Assembly: GCA_963769425.1 (NCBI GenBank)
Contig: CAVYLP010000002.1
Location: forward strand, 1-64,000
Source: Candidatus Bathyarchaeota archaeon
Lineage (GTDB): Archaea; Thermoproteota; Bathyarchaeia; TCS64
Length of the DNA: 64,000 bases
Direction: 5' to 3'
The translations under genes were made by a program, and so were the position numbers. Position 1 is the first letter of the stretch. Each line of letters starts with the position of its first letter. The notes under the pieces were generated by a model, which was not told the origin of the DNA, did no database searches, and saw only the letters and a program-made list of their open reading frames with translations. This document shows, piece after piece, positions 50,089-60,341 of the stretch.

Positions 50089-50173
50089 TGGTGCAGGGGG
50101 TGGGGTTCGAACCCACGGAGGACTAACCATCAGGTCCTGAACCTGACCCCTTTGGCCACTCGGGAACCCCTGC
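50089..50173 (-). tRNA. tRNA-Leu(CAG)
   Basis: GCAGGGG acceptor, anticodon loop TTCAGGA, long variable arm, encoded CCA. Confidence 0.95.
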
Positions 50174-50188
50174 ACAATAATTAGGTGG

Positions 50189-50589
50189 CTAGTGCTTGAG
50201 CGTCGTGAGGTGTTGTTTATACTTTTCGGCGTCCATTAGTTTTGCTGCGTTAGCCTCCCAGTTGCTGGGCTTTACCTTCGCGATCCATCCCTCACCGTAG
50301 GGGTCAGTGTTGATCTTCTCTGGGCTGTCCAGGAGAGCCTCGTTGACTTCTACAACAGTGCCCGTGACGGGGCTGTAAAAGTCTGAGACCGCCTTCACGG
50401 ATTCAACGGCGCCAATCGCCTCACCTTGAGCGATGGCGGCTTCCTTCTTTGGTAGCTCAACATAGACTATCTCGTGTAGCTGCGCCTGTGCGTAGTCGCT
50501 TATGCCGATTGTGACGACCTCGCCGGCGGGCTTAGCCCACTCGTGCTCGCTCGTGTAGAATAATCCGGTTTCAACCTTTACTTCATCTG

Positions 50590-50593
<4 letters not shown>
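50189..50593 (-). CDS. gcvH: glycine cleavage system H protein
   Basis: HEW, GISDYAQ, VESVKAVSD lipoyl motif, N.DPYGEGW. Confidence 0.97.
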
Positions 50594-51715
<1,122 letters not shown>

Positions 51716-51777
51716 ACCGGATTACCGGTTAGATATGCAATGGGGGGATGGTTAAAACCCTATCTGGAAGGTATACT

Positions 51778-51948
51778 CTACTTACCGCCGGTAGGGCGGA
51801 CGTCGACGCCCTCGGTGGAAAACTTTAGCTCCTTCTTGCACTTCGGGCACTTCCCCTCATACTTCTTTATGACATCCTGCGGAGACTTCAGGAGGTCCCC
51901 CTCGTAGAGAACTTCCTTACACGATTTGCAGACAATCTTCTGAGGCAA
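51778..51948 (-). CDS. small zinc-ribbon protein (56 aa)
   Basis: Own translation MPQKIVCKSCKEVLYEGDLLKSPQDVIKKYEGKCPKCKKELKF...; two CxxC; GGTGG upstream of TTG. Confidence 0.8.
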   Translation of the reverse strand: MPQKIVCKSCKEVLYEGDLLKSPQDVIKKYEGKCPKCKKELKFSTEGVDVRPTGGK

Positions 51949-52080
51949 TTCGCCCACCGTCTAGAGAAGCTCCAAGCCAATGGCATATAAACCTCATCAT
52001 CAGGGAGCCCCTTTTCGTCCCTTCCACGGCGCAAAAGGATATATTGGTACCGAGCACATCATTCCGAGAAGGGGTCTAAG

Positions 52081-52479
52081 GTGGCTCACCCATCAGGCAA
52101 GGCAAAGGATGTCCCAAGGATACGCCATAATAAACAGCTTGAGACGATATCAAGCTACGCGGGCATAGCGATGGTGGTCTTTATAATCTTCCTTTTAGGC
52201 GGGGGAGTTTACGACATAATTGAGACGCCCGCGGCGGTTCTCCAGACGTCAAGCGGCTCCTACACGTCCATCAGTCCCTACGCTGGGGAGCAGACCATCA
52301 ACGAGAGCATAGTCAGCATGTTCCTGATTGGCTTCTGTTTCGTCGGCCTTTTCCTCGTCTACAGGAGCGCGCAGGTACTCTACGACAAATCGAAGGCGAA
52401 CATAACCCTGATGATAGGTCTGAGCCTGGCCCTCGTGGGTGCCGCGGGAGCCTACGTTCTGCTCCTTCTAAAGGGTTAG
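52081..52479 (+). CDS. three-TM protein resembling oligosaccharyltransferase subunit OSTC/DC2 (OST3/OST6 family)
   Basis: LGGGVYDIIETP...EQTINES...FL...G pattern and three TM helices. Confidence 0.7.
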   Translation: MAHPSGKAKDVPRIRHNKQLETISSYAGIAMVVFIIFLLGGGVYDIIETPAAVLQTSSGSYTSISPYAGEQTINESIVSMFLIGFCFVGLFLVYRSAQVLYDKSKANITLMIGLSLALVGAAGAYVLLLLKG

Positions 52480-52590
52480 AGGAACACTTTATCTTGGAAT
52501 TCCAGTAGCCAGTTTCTTATATTCGATTATTCTACGACGCCCTTGAAAAGGTCTTATGAGCATTGGGTGTGTATTGGATCCGTGATCTAG

Positions 52591-53475
52591 TTGAAGCGGA
52601 TTGGTTTCATAGGGTTGGGCCTCATGGGCAGCGGCATGTCCATGAATATCCTCAAGGCTGGTTTCCCCATTACGGTTTGGAATCGGACAGTTTCCAAGAC
52701 GGAACCACTTGTGAAGGCTGGTGCCAAGTTGGGAAAGTCTCCTAAAGATGTTGCAGAGCAGAGCGACATCGTCATCGATATAGTCACCGACTCGAAGGAT
52801 GTGGAGGAGGTCCTTCTGGGGCTTAATGGAGTCATCCATGGCGTCAAGCCGGGGACGATAGTCATCGACATGAGCACCATAAGTCCCATTAGGACGAGGG
52901 AGATGGCAGCGAAGTTCAGGGAAAAGGGCATCAAGATGCTCGATGCTCCAGTCAGCGGCGGAGACATAGGCGCGCGAAACGGTACCCTAAGTATCATGGT
53001 CGGCGGCGATAAGGATGCCTTCGATGAGGCTGTCCCTATCTTCCAGGCGATGGGGAAAACCATCACACACATCGGTGGGAACGGGGACGGTCAGATCTGC
53101 AAGGCTGTGAACCAGATCCTCGTTGGTATGAATATGCTTGGGGTCGCAGAGGCCCTCGTCTTCGCTAAGAAGGCGGGCGTCGACGTAAAGAAAGTCCACG
53201 CCGCAGTCTCTCCCGGCGCAGCGGGGAGTTGGCAACTCACTAACAACGGAGCCAAGCTCCTCGTCGGAGACCATGAGCCCGGATTCAAGGTGAAGGACTA
53301 CCTTAAGGACCTCCGTATCATAATGGAGACAAGTGACAGTGTCAAGATGCCTCTCGTAGGGACTGCTGTTGTCCAGCAGATGTTCAAGAACCTCGACGCT
53401 GAGGGGCTCAGAGACAAGGGAACGCAGGCTGTGGTCGTCGCCGTGGAGAAACTGGCGAAGGAGAAGCTCGCTTAG
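52591..53475 (+). CDS. NAD(P)-dependent beta-hydroxyacid dehydrogenase (tartronate semialdehyde reductase-like)
   Basis: IGFIGLGLMG, DMSTISP, DAPVSGG, GQ.CK..NQ, KDL. Confidence 0.93.
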   Translation: MKRIGFIGLGLMGSGMSMNILKAGFPITVWNRTVSKTEPLVKAGAKLGKSPKDVAEQSDIVIDIVTDSKDVEEVLLGLNGVIHGVKPGTIVIDMSTISPIRTREMAAKFREKGIKMLDAPVSGGDIGARNGTLSIMVGGDKDAFDEAVPIFQAMGKTITHIGGNGDGQICKAVNQILVGMNMLGVAEALVFAKKAGVDVKKVHAAVSPGAAGSWQLTNNGAKLLVGDHEPGFKVKDYLKDLRIIMETSDSVKMPLVGTAVVQQMFKNLDAEGLRDKGTQAVVVAVEKLAKEKLA

Positions 53476-53698
53476 CTCCATGCGGCTCCAATGGGTTTGA
53501 AGCGTCCCGTGGCGTGCCGATATCTTGCGGGAGAGAAGTGAGATATATTTTAGGTCTCCTAAATCGGCAGCGTCATCGACACCGACAAGATGTCTCGAGA
53601 ATACTTTACGTCTACAGGAGCGATGACTTCATCTTCGCTATATCGCCGAGAGGACTATAAGTTGGGGCGATATAGCTCCTCTTCGCCTACACTTGCAG

Positions 53699-54424
53699 CT
53701 AGCTCTTCTGCTTATAGAGGTCGATGAGCGCGTCCACAAGTTCCTCCTCAGATATGAGGCGAGAGTACCCGAGGGGTATCCCCTCGTGCTCAGCTAGGCT
53801 AACCGCGAGGGGGTCGATCTTCTTGATCTTACCATGTAGGATGACGACCCTCGGCTTGAAGGGGCTTATCTTAACAGCGATCATCGGGCTGCGTCCCTGT
53901 GTCACTTGGGTGAAGACGAGTGCCCTCTCACTCGTTGCACCGAATATCCTGTAGAAGTCTAGCCCCGACAGCGTCGTGATCGCCTTCACGCTGTCGATTA
54001 TCGTGTAGCCTAGGACCTGATTCTCAAGCTTCTCCTTACCTGTTAGCACCTCAGCGTCCACAGCCCTGCAGAGCTGCTCAACCGTAACCGGCTGGGTGAA
54101 CTCGCGTATGTCGGTGAAGACGTCGCTAGGGTCGATGGTTATCCTAGCCATCTGCCGGATGTAGTCCCCACCCCTGCTCTGATCGATGTCCAGAAGCGCC
54201 TCAACGTACCGCTTGATGAATCCGCTCCCCGGCGACTGCCTCCTCCCAGTCTCGTAGTCGCTGATCACCGACGGCGAGAGATCCAGCTCGTCAGCCAACT
54301 CCATCTGGTTCACGTTCAGCAGCCCCCTCCACTTCCTCATGGTCTGGCCCGGGTTGCTACTCAATACGATCTCGCCGGCGATCCTCTTTGCAAGCGTATC
54401 CCTGACTGGATTGTAGGCTGACAT
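53699..54424 (-). CDS. archaeal XRE-family HTH regulator
   Basis: RIAGEIVLS.NPG..MRKWR, SPSVISDYE.GRR.SPG, GRSPMIA. Confidence 0.9.
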   Translation of the reverse strand: MSAYNPVRDTLAKRIAGEIVLSSNPGQTMRKWRGLLNVNQMELADELDLSPSVISDYETGRRQSPGSGFIKRYVEALLDIDQSRGGDYIRQMARITIDPSDVFTDIREFTQPVTVEQLCRAVDAEVLTGKEKLENQVLGYTIIDSVKAITTLSGLDFYRIFGATSERALVFTQVTQGRSPMIAVKISPFKPRVVILHGKIKKIDPLAVSLAEHEGIPLGYSRLISEEELVDALIDLYKQKS

Positions 54425-54466
54425 CAGAAACAGAAGCACCTATCTAGGTAAAAAGTGTGAAGGCGG

Positions 54467-55441
54467 CTAGACGCCTGCCTTCTCGCAGAGTATCTGCCAC
54501 CTGGTGTCGATCGAGTCCTGAAGCTCCTTCAGGAGTGCCTCGTTCCTCGCAGGCCTGAAGAAGTGCCTGAACCTGCCCTGCTGCTCGAGGTACGCCTCGA
54601 TGGGCTTCTTAGACTCGGGCTTCTTCGCGATGGCGAGGCTCGGTGCCGATAGCTCGTAGACTGGCCTCCCCTTCTCCTGCGTGCACTCGAAGAGGGGAAA
54701 GACGCATGTCTGCGTGGCTAGCCTGCTGATCTCTATCGTCTTCTCCGGCGGGAACCTCCAGCCCCTGCTGCACGGAGCGAGGCTGTGGAGGAACGTTGGG
54801 CCGTCGACCTCGATGGCCTTCCTCGTCTTCTTCATCACGTCGAGGGGCCAGGCGGAGTTGATCGTCGCAACGTACGGCGTGCCGTGGGCGATGATTATCT
54901 CGTCGATCGGCTTCTTAGTCTCCGTTTTTCCGAAGATTACCTTACCGGCGGGTGTAGTAGTCGTAGCAGCCCCGAAGGGCGTGCCGCCGCTCCTCTGGAT
55001 GCCTGTGTTCATGTAAGCCTCGTTGTCCAGCAGCACGTAGGTGAAGTCGTGACCACGCTCGATGGCCCCGGACAGAGCCTGGAACCCGATGTCGTAGGTC
55101 CCGCCGTCGCCGGCGAAGCTGATCACGTCGACGTGCGGGTACTTGGCGAGGTGACCCTCCTTCTTCTTATGCATCGCCTTGATGGTGGCCTCTATGCCGC
55201 TCGCGACCGCGGCGACGTTCTCGAAGGCGCAGTGGATCCACGGGACCTCCCACGATGTGTATGGGAATATGGTCGTGGAGACCTCGAAGCACCCCGTCGC
55301 GTTCGTCACGATCGTCGGGCCCCTCGTCGCCTTCAGCACCTGTCTGGCGACGATGGTCTCGTCGCAGCCAGCGCACAGGCGACCACCGCATATCAGCGCA
55401 TCGGGCTTCCTAGCCATGTCCTTTAGAGTTATGTCGCTCAT
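54467..55441 (-). CDS. porB: pyruvate/2-ketoisovalerate ferredoxin oxidoreductase beta subunit
   Basis: CAGC, ATGC.EV, GDGGTYDIG, DNEAYMNTGIQRS. Confidence 0.95.
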   Translation of the reverse strand: MSDITLKDMARKPDALICGGRLCAGCDETIVARQVLKATRGPTIVTNATGCFEVSTTIFPYTSWEVPWIHCAFENVAAVASGIEATIKAMHKKKEGHLAKYPHVDVISFAGDGGTYDIGFQALSGAIERGHDFTYVLLDNEAYMNTGIQRSGGTPFGAATTTTPAGKVIFGKTETKKPIDEIIIAHGTPYVATINSAWPLDVMKKTRKAIEVDGPTFLHSLAPCSRGWRFPPEKTIEISRLATQTCVFPLFECTQEKGRPVYELSAPSLAIAKKPESKKPIEAYLEQQGRFRHFFRPARNEALLKELQDSIDTRWQILCEKAGV

Positions 55442-55443
55442 GT

Positions 55444-56664
55444 CTATTCCCTCACACCGATGTAGCTGACCGGCTCAGCCACGGAGCCCTTCTCCTTGAT
55501 CTGTTGGAGGCTCTTGAAGATGTCACGTATCATCTCGGGGCTCGTGTCCTTGCCTCCGAGGCCGTTTATGTAATCGGCGACGAGCGGCTTCTTCGGCTGG
55601 TCGTAGAGCGCGGTCTTGACCTCCATGTAGAGGGGAGCACCCGGGCCGCCGATGCTGTACGCCTTCTCCATTACGCCAAGCGCCGGAACATTCCTGATCG
55701 CCTTCACGACCTCATCGAGGGGGAAGGGACGGAAGAGGCGGAGCTTGACCATCCCAGCCTTTACGCCCTCGGCACGCAGCTCGTCCACGACCTCGCGGAC
55801 GGTGCCCATCATCGAGCCCATCCCGATGACCGCGACCTCGGCGTCATCCATCTTGTACGGATAGACGTACTCAAGCTTCCTGCCCGTAATCTTCTCAAAC
55901 TCCTTGTCCACAGCCTTGATCGCCTTGAGGGCGCCCTTCATCGCCTCCATCTGCTGAACCTTGTGCTCGAAGTAGTAGTCCTGCAGGTCGAGTGGACCGA
56001 TGGTTATCGGGTGCTCGGGGTCGAGCTTGAAGTCGACCTCGCCCTGGGTACCCTCGGTCTTCATGTAGACTCTCTTACCGACGAACTTCTTCACGTCAGC
56101 GTCCTCCATGATGTAGACGTTCTCCATCGTGTGGCTGATGGTGAAGCCGTCGAAGTTGACCATGACCGGCATCTGGACGTCGGGGTGCTCCGCGATCCTC
56201 CAAGCCTCAACGCTCGTGTCGTAGACCTCCTGGTTGTTCTCGCAGAATATCTGGATCCAACCCGTGTCCCGTGCGCCCATGGCGTCGCTGTGGTCGTTGT
56301 GGATGTTGATTGGACCACCGACACACCTGTTCGCCACCGCCATCACTATCGGCAGGCGTAGACCCGCTGCGATGAAGAGAATCTCCCACATCAATGCGAG
56401 GCCATTAGCCGCCGTCGCCGTGAAGGCGCGCGCACCAGCCGCGGATGCACCAACGCAGGCGCTCAACGCGCTATGCTCGGACTCCACCGCGACGAACTCG
56501 GAGCCAACGAGGCCGTCAGCGACGTACTCGCTGTACTTCTCGACGATGATAGTCTGAGGCGTGATAGGATAAGCGGCCACCACATCCGGGTCGACCTGCT
56601 TCGTAGCAAACGCTGAAGCCTCGTCACCATTGAGGCCAGTCATCTTCTGCTTTACGACCATCAC
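55444..56664 (-). CDS. porA: pyruvate/2-ketoisovalerate ferredoxin oxidoreductase alpha subunit
   Basis: AAYPITPQT, ESEHSA, ANR, DHSD, FRPFP. Confidence 0.95.
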   Translation of the reverse strand: MMVVKQKMTGLNGDEASAFATKQVDPDVVAAYPITPQTIIVEKYSEYVADGLVGSEFVAVESEHSALSACVGASAAGARAFTATAANGLALMWEILFIAAGLRLPIVMAVANRCVGGPINIHNDHSDAMGARDTGWIQIFCENNQEVYDTSVEAWRIAEHPDVQMPVMVNFDGFTISHTMENVYIMEDADVKKFVGKRVYMKTEGTQGEVDFKLDPEHPITIGPLDLQDYYFEHKVQQMEAMKGALKAIKAVDKEFEKITGRKLEYVYPYKMDDAEVAVIGMGSMMGTVREVVDELRAEGVKAGMVKLRLFRPFPLDEVVKAIRNVPALGVMEKAYSIGGPGAPLYMEVKTALYDQPKKPLVADYINGLGGKDTSPEMIRDIFKSLQQIKEKGSVAEPVSYIGVRE

Positions 56665-56942
56665 TTCTTCATCTCCATCTTAATACACTTCACCGGGCAC
56701 TCGTTAGCGCAGACACCGCAGCCCTTGCAGTACTCCTCGTTAACCTCGGTATACCCGTCCGCCCTCACAGTTATCGCCCCCTCCGGGCAGAAGAAGTGGC
56801 AGAGAGTACACTTGGTACACTTCTTATGGTCGATGACGGGCTTAGCTACGCCCCAGTCACCGGTCTTATAGTCCTTGCTGGACTTGTATGGGACCGCGCC
56901 CTTAGGCAGCGTCTTCCAGCCCCGCTTCTTCTCCTCACTCAA
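56661..56942 (-). CDS. porD: 2-oxoacid ferredoxin oxidoreductase delta subunit
   Basis: TGDW, two 4Fe-4S motifs, YCKGCGVCA.ECP. Confidence 0.95.
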   Translation of the reverse strand: MSEEKKRGWKTLPKGAVPYKSSKDYKTGDWGVAKPVIDHKKCTKCTLCHFFCPEGAITVRADGYTEVNEEYCKGCGVCANECPVKCIKMEMKK

Positions 56943-57493
56943 CCCTTGACGGCCTCCTTATACGCGGCCTCGACGACCTCCAGGTTCTGGTCCCTTACCT
57001 TGCCCTGGAACCTCTCCTTCACGACGGCGAGGACCGAATCCAGCTTAACAGCTCCTGAAGCCTTTACGACAGCCCCGAGCAGGACCGTGTTCGTAATGTT
57101 CACGCCCATTATTCTCATCGCCATACCCGTCGCGTCGACGACCCAAGTTTCGTTATCAACACCAAGCTTCTTCTTGACAGCCGTAGCGGTCTCAGTCGTG
57201 TTAACCACAATCTTACTGGATGGTTTTAGGCCTTCAGCCACAGCCGGGCCAAGAAGTGTGGGATCCAGCACGACCACCATATCCGGCTCGTAGACGCTGG
57301 AGTGTATCTGAATGGGCTTATCGCTTATGCGAGTGTAAGCCGTCATGGGCGCCCCCGCCCTCTCAGGGCCGAAGGCCGGGAAGCTCTGAATCTGCTTCCC
57401 CTCCAAGAGACCCGCCTGGGCCAATAGGAGTGATGCCGTCCAAGCTCCCTGGCCACCGCGGCCGTGGAACCTGATCTCGTAGAGCCTGTCCAA
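56939..57493 (-). CDS. porG: 2-oxoacid ferredoxin oxidoreductase gamma subunit
   Basis: EIRFHGRGGQG, FGPERAGAP. Confidence 0.95.
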   Translation of the reverse strand: MDRLYEIRFHGRGGQGAWTASLLLAQAGLLEGKQIQSFPAFGPERAGAPMTAYTRISDKPIQIHSSVYEPDMVVVLDPTLLGPAVAEGLKPSSKIVVNTTETATAVKKKLGVDNETWVVDATGMAMRIMGVNITNTVLLGAVVKASGAVKLDSVLAVVKERFQGKVRDQNLEVVEAAYKEAVKG

Positions 57494-57747
57494 ATCGACT
57501 ACTCTCCTCTTGACATAGTCCCCAACGGTTTAAACGTATATGATCAGGATACTAAAAAACCGAATCAATCGGCATAATGGCAATAGCCTCCTCGGCGATG
57601 GCAATCTCCTACGGCGTCTCGACTACCTAAAGACGCCGAAGACCGGCGAATCACTGTCACTCATGGGAACCGTCACGCCCCTAACCTTCACGAAGGAGGG
57701 GAGACCAAGGCAGTCTCTACCGCGTTACCGTAAACAGCCTTAGCTGG

Positions 57748-58620
57748 CTACTTACCCGCTTTCCGCCTCAGCTCGTTCATCTCGTCTTTACTCTTTTTCG
57801 CCTGGATCGCGGATGCCTCAGCGAACCTCTCCCAGCCCCACCCCATCACCTCATAGGCGTAATTTACGCTACGGCTAGAAGAGACTAGGAGTCCCTCTCC
57901 ATCACCGTTGGATCCAAGCCTGATGGCAGCGGAGGGATCGCCACCCTGAGGCCCGAGCCCCGGGGATAGGATGAGTCTCTCCTCACCGATTATCCCCCTC
58001 ACTATCCCGAGCTCCTCCGACGCCGTGCAACCAACTACGAAGCCATTCGACCCGTGCTCGGTCGCGTCCATCGCGAGCCTCTGATAGAAGGGGACCCCCT
58101 CCATGTCTCTCGATTGATAATCGTGGGTACCGGGATTAGACATCCTACAGAGTGCGAATATCCCCTTCTGTCTCTCCTCCGACCACCTGTAGACGGAATC
58201 GACGCCGTTCTTGTAGCCCGGGAAGGGGCTGAACGTTACCGCGTCGTAGCCCAGCTCACCGATCCAGTGAAGAGCCGCATCCATCGTGGTCCCTATGTCC
58301 GAGAGCTTACAATCAAGAAGAGCTAGGCATCCCCCTTCATGTATGGCATCGGCGATGGCCTTCAGCCCATCGTACCCTAATGGGTAGACGAGGAACTGGG
58401 CGTTCGGCTTAATTATCGGCGTGTACGGTGCCACGGCCTTGACGAAGTCGACGCAGAACCTCTCGATGCCCCCCGCTACCCCATGCCTATCAATGAGGGG
58501 TTGGGGGACCACATACTTGTCCCGGAATGCCCTCGTCGCCGGGTCGAGGCCCACACAAAGAAAGCTATTCTTCTCCCTACTCAGCTCGTAGTATTTCTCG
58601 ACGAATCTTCTCCCGAGCAT
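57748..58620 (-). CDS. pyrF: orotidine 5'-phosphate decarboxylase
   Basis: LCVGLDP, KPN, DCKLSDIG.T, SNP, PGLGPQGG, SSR. Confidence 0.93.
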   Translation of the reverse strand: MLGRRFVEKYYELSREKNSFLCVGLDPATRAFRDKYVVPQPLIDRHGVAGGIERFCVDFVKAVAPYTPIIKPNAQFLVYPLGYDGLKAIADAIHEGGCLALLDCKLSDIGTTMDAALHWIGELGYDAVTFSPFPGYKNGVDSVYRWSEERQKGIFALCRMSNPGTHDYQSRDMEGVPFYQRLAMDATEHGSNGFVVGCTASEELGIVRGIIGEERLILSPGLGPQGGDPSAAIRLGSNGDGEGLLVSSSRSVNYAYEVMGWGWERFAEASAIQAKKSKDEMNELRRKAGK

Positions 58621-58736
58621 TCGAACACCAGAGGGAAAGGGCACTCACATGAATAAAAAAGGGGGCACACGGGGGCATGCCTTTAAACGTCTAATACCCC
58701 ACTTCATTCAGAACCTCCTCTAAGTTGGGACCAAGG

Positions 58737-59336
58737 ATGAGCAACGAGGCGGATATACGCAAGCTACTGAAGATCCGAGCGGATCTCGAGGAGCGCGCCG
58801 AGCAGCTTCAAACCGAGGTAGACGACCTAAAGGTGGCCATGGCTGAGATCGACAAGGCCATCGTGCAGCAGGGGTTTCGACAGCCAGACGCGGGCTTCCA
58901 ACCGATGAAGCTGTCTGACACCAAGAAGGAGGAACTTAAAGTCGAGAATAAGCCTCTTGAGGGGATGACCGAGCAACACGGTGACGGCTCATCTATCCAG
59001 GCGAAGGACGGCACGGCGCTGGGGAGGGTTCAGATCGCCGGCGACGACTTAGTATTCACCCCCCGCGAGGGACTCTCATTCACGACCTCCACGCCCCCCT
59101 TCCAGTCCTTCCTCATCGACCGGGTCCTCGCCAATATGAAGACCACCGACGAGGCCCGAGCAGCCACGGGCGAGATAACCCCCGAGCAGGTCCTCAGTTA
59201 CAAGGTCGAGGCGGATGGAGAGGTCATCAAATCCATAGCCATTCGAAACATCGGCGGAGAGAGGCGCCTACGCGAAATACAGAGCAGCCTCCGCTGGAGC
59301 CTCGATAAGATGTATGATAAGGTAAAGCGAGGATAG
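58737..59336 (+). CDS. hypothetical protein with N-terminal coiled coil
   Basis: Long ORF, typical codon usage. Confidence 0.8.
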   Translation: MSNEADIRKLLKIRADLEERAEQLQTEVDDLKVAMAEIDKAIVQQGFRQPDAGFQPMKLSDTKKEELKVENKPLEGMTEQHGDGSSIQAKDGTALGRVQIAGDDLVFTPREGLSFTTSTPPFQSFLIDRVLANMKTTDEARAATGEITPEQVLSYKVEADGEVIKSIAIRNIGGERRLREIQSSLRWSLDKMYDKVKRG

Positions 59337-59340
59337 AGCC

Positions 59341-59562
59341 ATGGAAAGCGACATCGAGAAGAGCCCACTTTGGGGCGTACTCGTCGAAGTAGTACACTGC
59401 CTCCCCATATACAAGAGTCACAAATCCTACGTGAGGGAGACTATCCTTCCACAGAAGCCAGATGTCTCATCCGAAGAACTGTCGGGTAGGCTCGGCATAC
59501 CAGTAGGCGAGGCTATGGTTATACTGGAAGAATTGAAAACCGATAAGCCGAAGACAGATTAA
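59341..59562 (+). CDS. small hypothetical protein (HTH-like C-terminus)
   Basis: EELSGRLGIPVGEAMVIL; follows the previous gene by 4 nt. Confidence 0.7.
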   Translation: MESDIEKSPLWGVLVEVVHCLPIYKSHKSYVRETILPQKPDVSSEELSGRLGIPVGEAMVILEELKTDKPKTD

Positions 59563-60107
59563 ACGACGTACCTATACGAGATGGCCGTCCCGGCGGTCTC
59601 GCTCTTCTGTGTGACCTTCACAACGTCCCCCCTCTTAGCCCCAAGAATGATGGCGATAGGATCGTTTAATTTTATCCAAGGGAACTGGAAGGGCTCGGCG
59701 TGGTACTTCTTCGTGACCTCTGTCAGCTCCTCCTCGGAGACTATCTCGTGGCGGGGGACCAAGGCGTGCTCGAAAATGTCGAAGGTCGGGAGGGTCGGCG
59801 GGATCAGCTCGATGCCTAGCTCCTCCGCGCTGCTCCTAGCCGAGTACGTGTACTTCCCGTCACCCACAAGGATACCCTTAGAGGCACCCTCTTTCTCCAC
59901 AGCTTCTTTGAGCTCCCTGACGTAGCTAATACCGATCGTCTTCTGCCCAAGGACCGCGTGCATGATTATGAGCTGGTTCTTTGGATCGTGTAACCTGTAG
60001 ACGAGCTTGTCCTCCTCGCCGACGGGCTTCTCTGTCTCGGTGGTGAGTTTCCTGTATTTTATGATGAGGTTGGCGCGCTTCTCCTCGAGGGATAGGTTCT
60101 TGCTCAT
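59559..60107 (-). CDS. rpoH: RNA polymerase subunit H (Rpo5) with extra N-terminal domain (RPB5-like)
   Basis: C-term HALVPRHEI, P.IK..DP, GDVVKV..KSETAG..YRYVV; ~105-aa N-terminal extension. Confidence 0.9.
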   Translation of the reverse strand: MSKNLSLEEKRANLIIKYRKLTTETEKPVGEEDKLVYRLHDPKNQLIIMHAVLGQKTIGISYVRELKEAVEKEGASKGILVGDGKYTYSARSSAEELGIELIPPTLPTFDIFEHALVPRHEIVSEEELTEVTKKYHAEPFQFPWIKLNDPIAIILGAKRGDVVKVTQKSETAGTAISYRYVV

Positions 60108-60112
60108 CCTGC

Positions 60113-60313
60113 TTACCTCGCCTTGACCCTCTTAACTATCGGGGCCCGGACCTTCCTGAAGATCCTGTAGCCGCAGTAGGGACAGCGGAAGCTAATGTAC
60201 TTCTCGAGGTCCTCGTAACTGACTCGCCTGCCGCACTGGACACACTCGTATACGGGTCCCTCAGCGGGCGCCTGCTGCTCCTTCTTAGGCTCGTCGACAG
60301 ACAAGAGGTTCAA
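60113..60313 (-). CDS. rpoP: RNA polymerase subunit P (Rpo12)
   Basis: YECVQCG, RCPYCGYRIF.K.R..VK.VKAR. Confidence 0.95.
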   Translation of the reverse strand: MNLLSVDEPKKEQQAPAEGPVYECVQCGRRVSYEDLEKYISFRCPYCGYRIFRKVRAPIVKRVKAR

Positions 60314-60341
60314 CCAGCATTAAGCACTCGATCAGGTCTAA

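Noticed and set aside
57540-57745. GGCGATGG as a fluoride riboswitch start; 67-aa ORF
   Set aside because: The downstream pseudoknot partner and UGAYRnYUNC element were not found and no fluoride-related gene follows; more likely gene debris.
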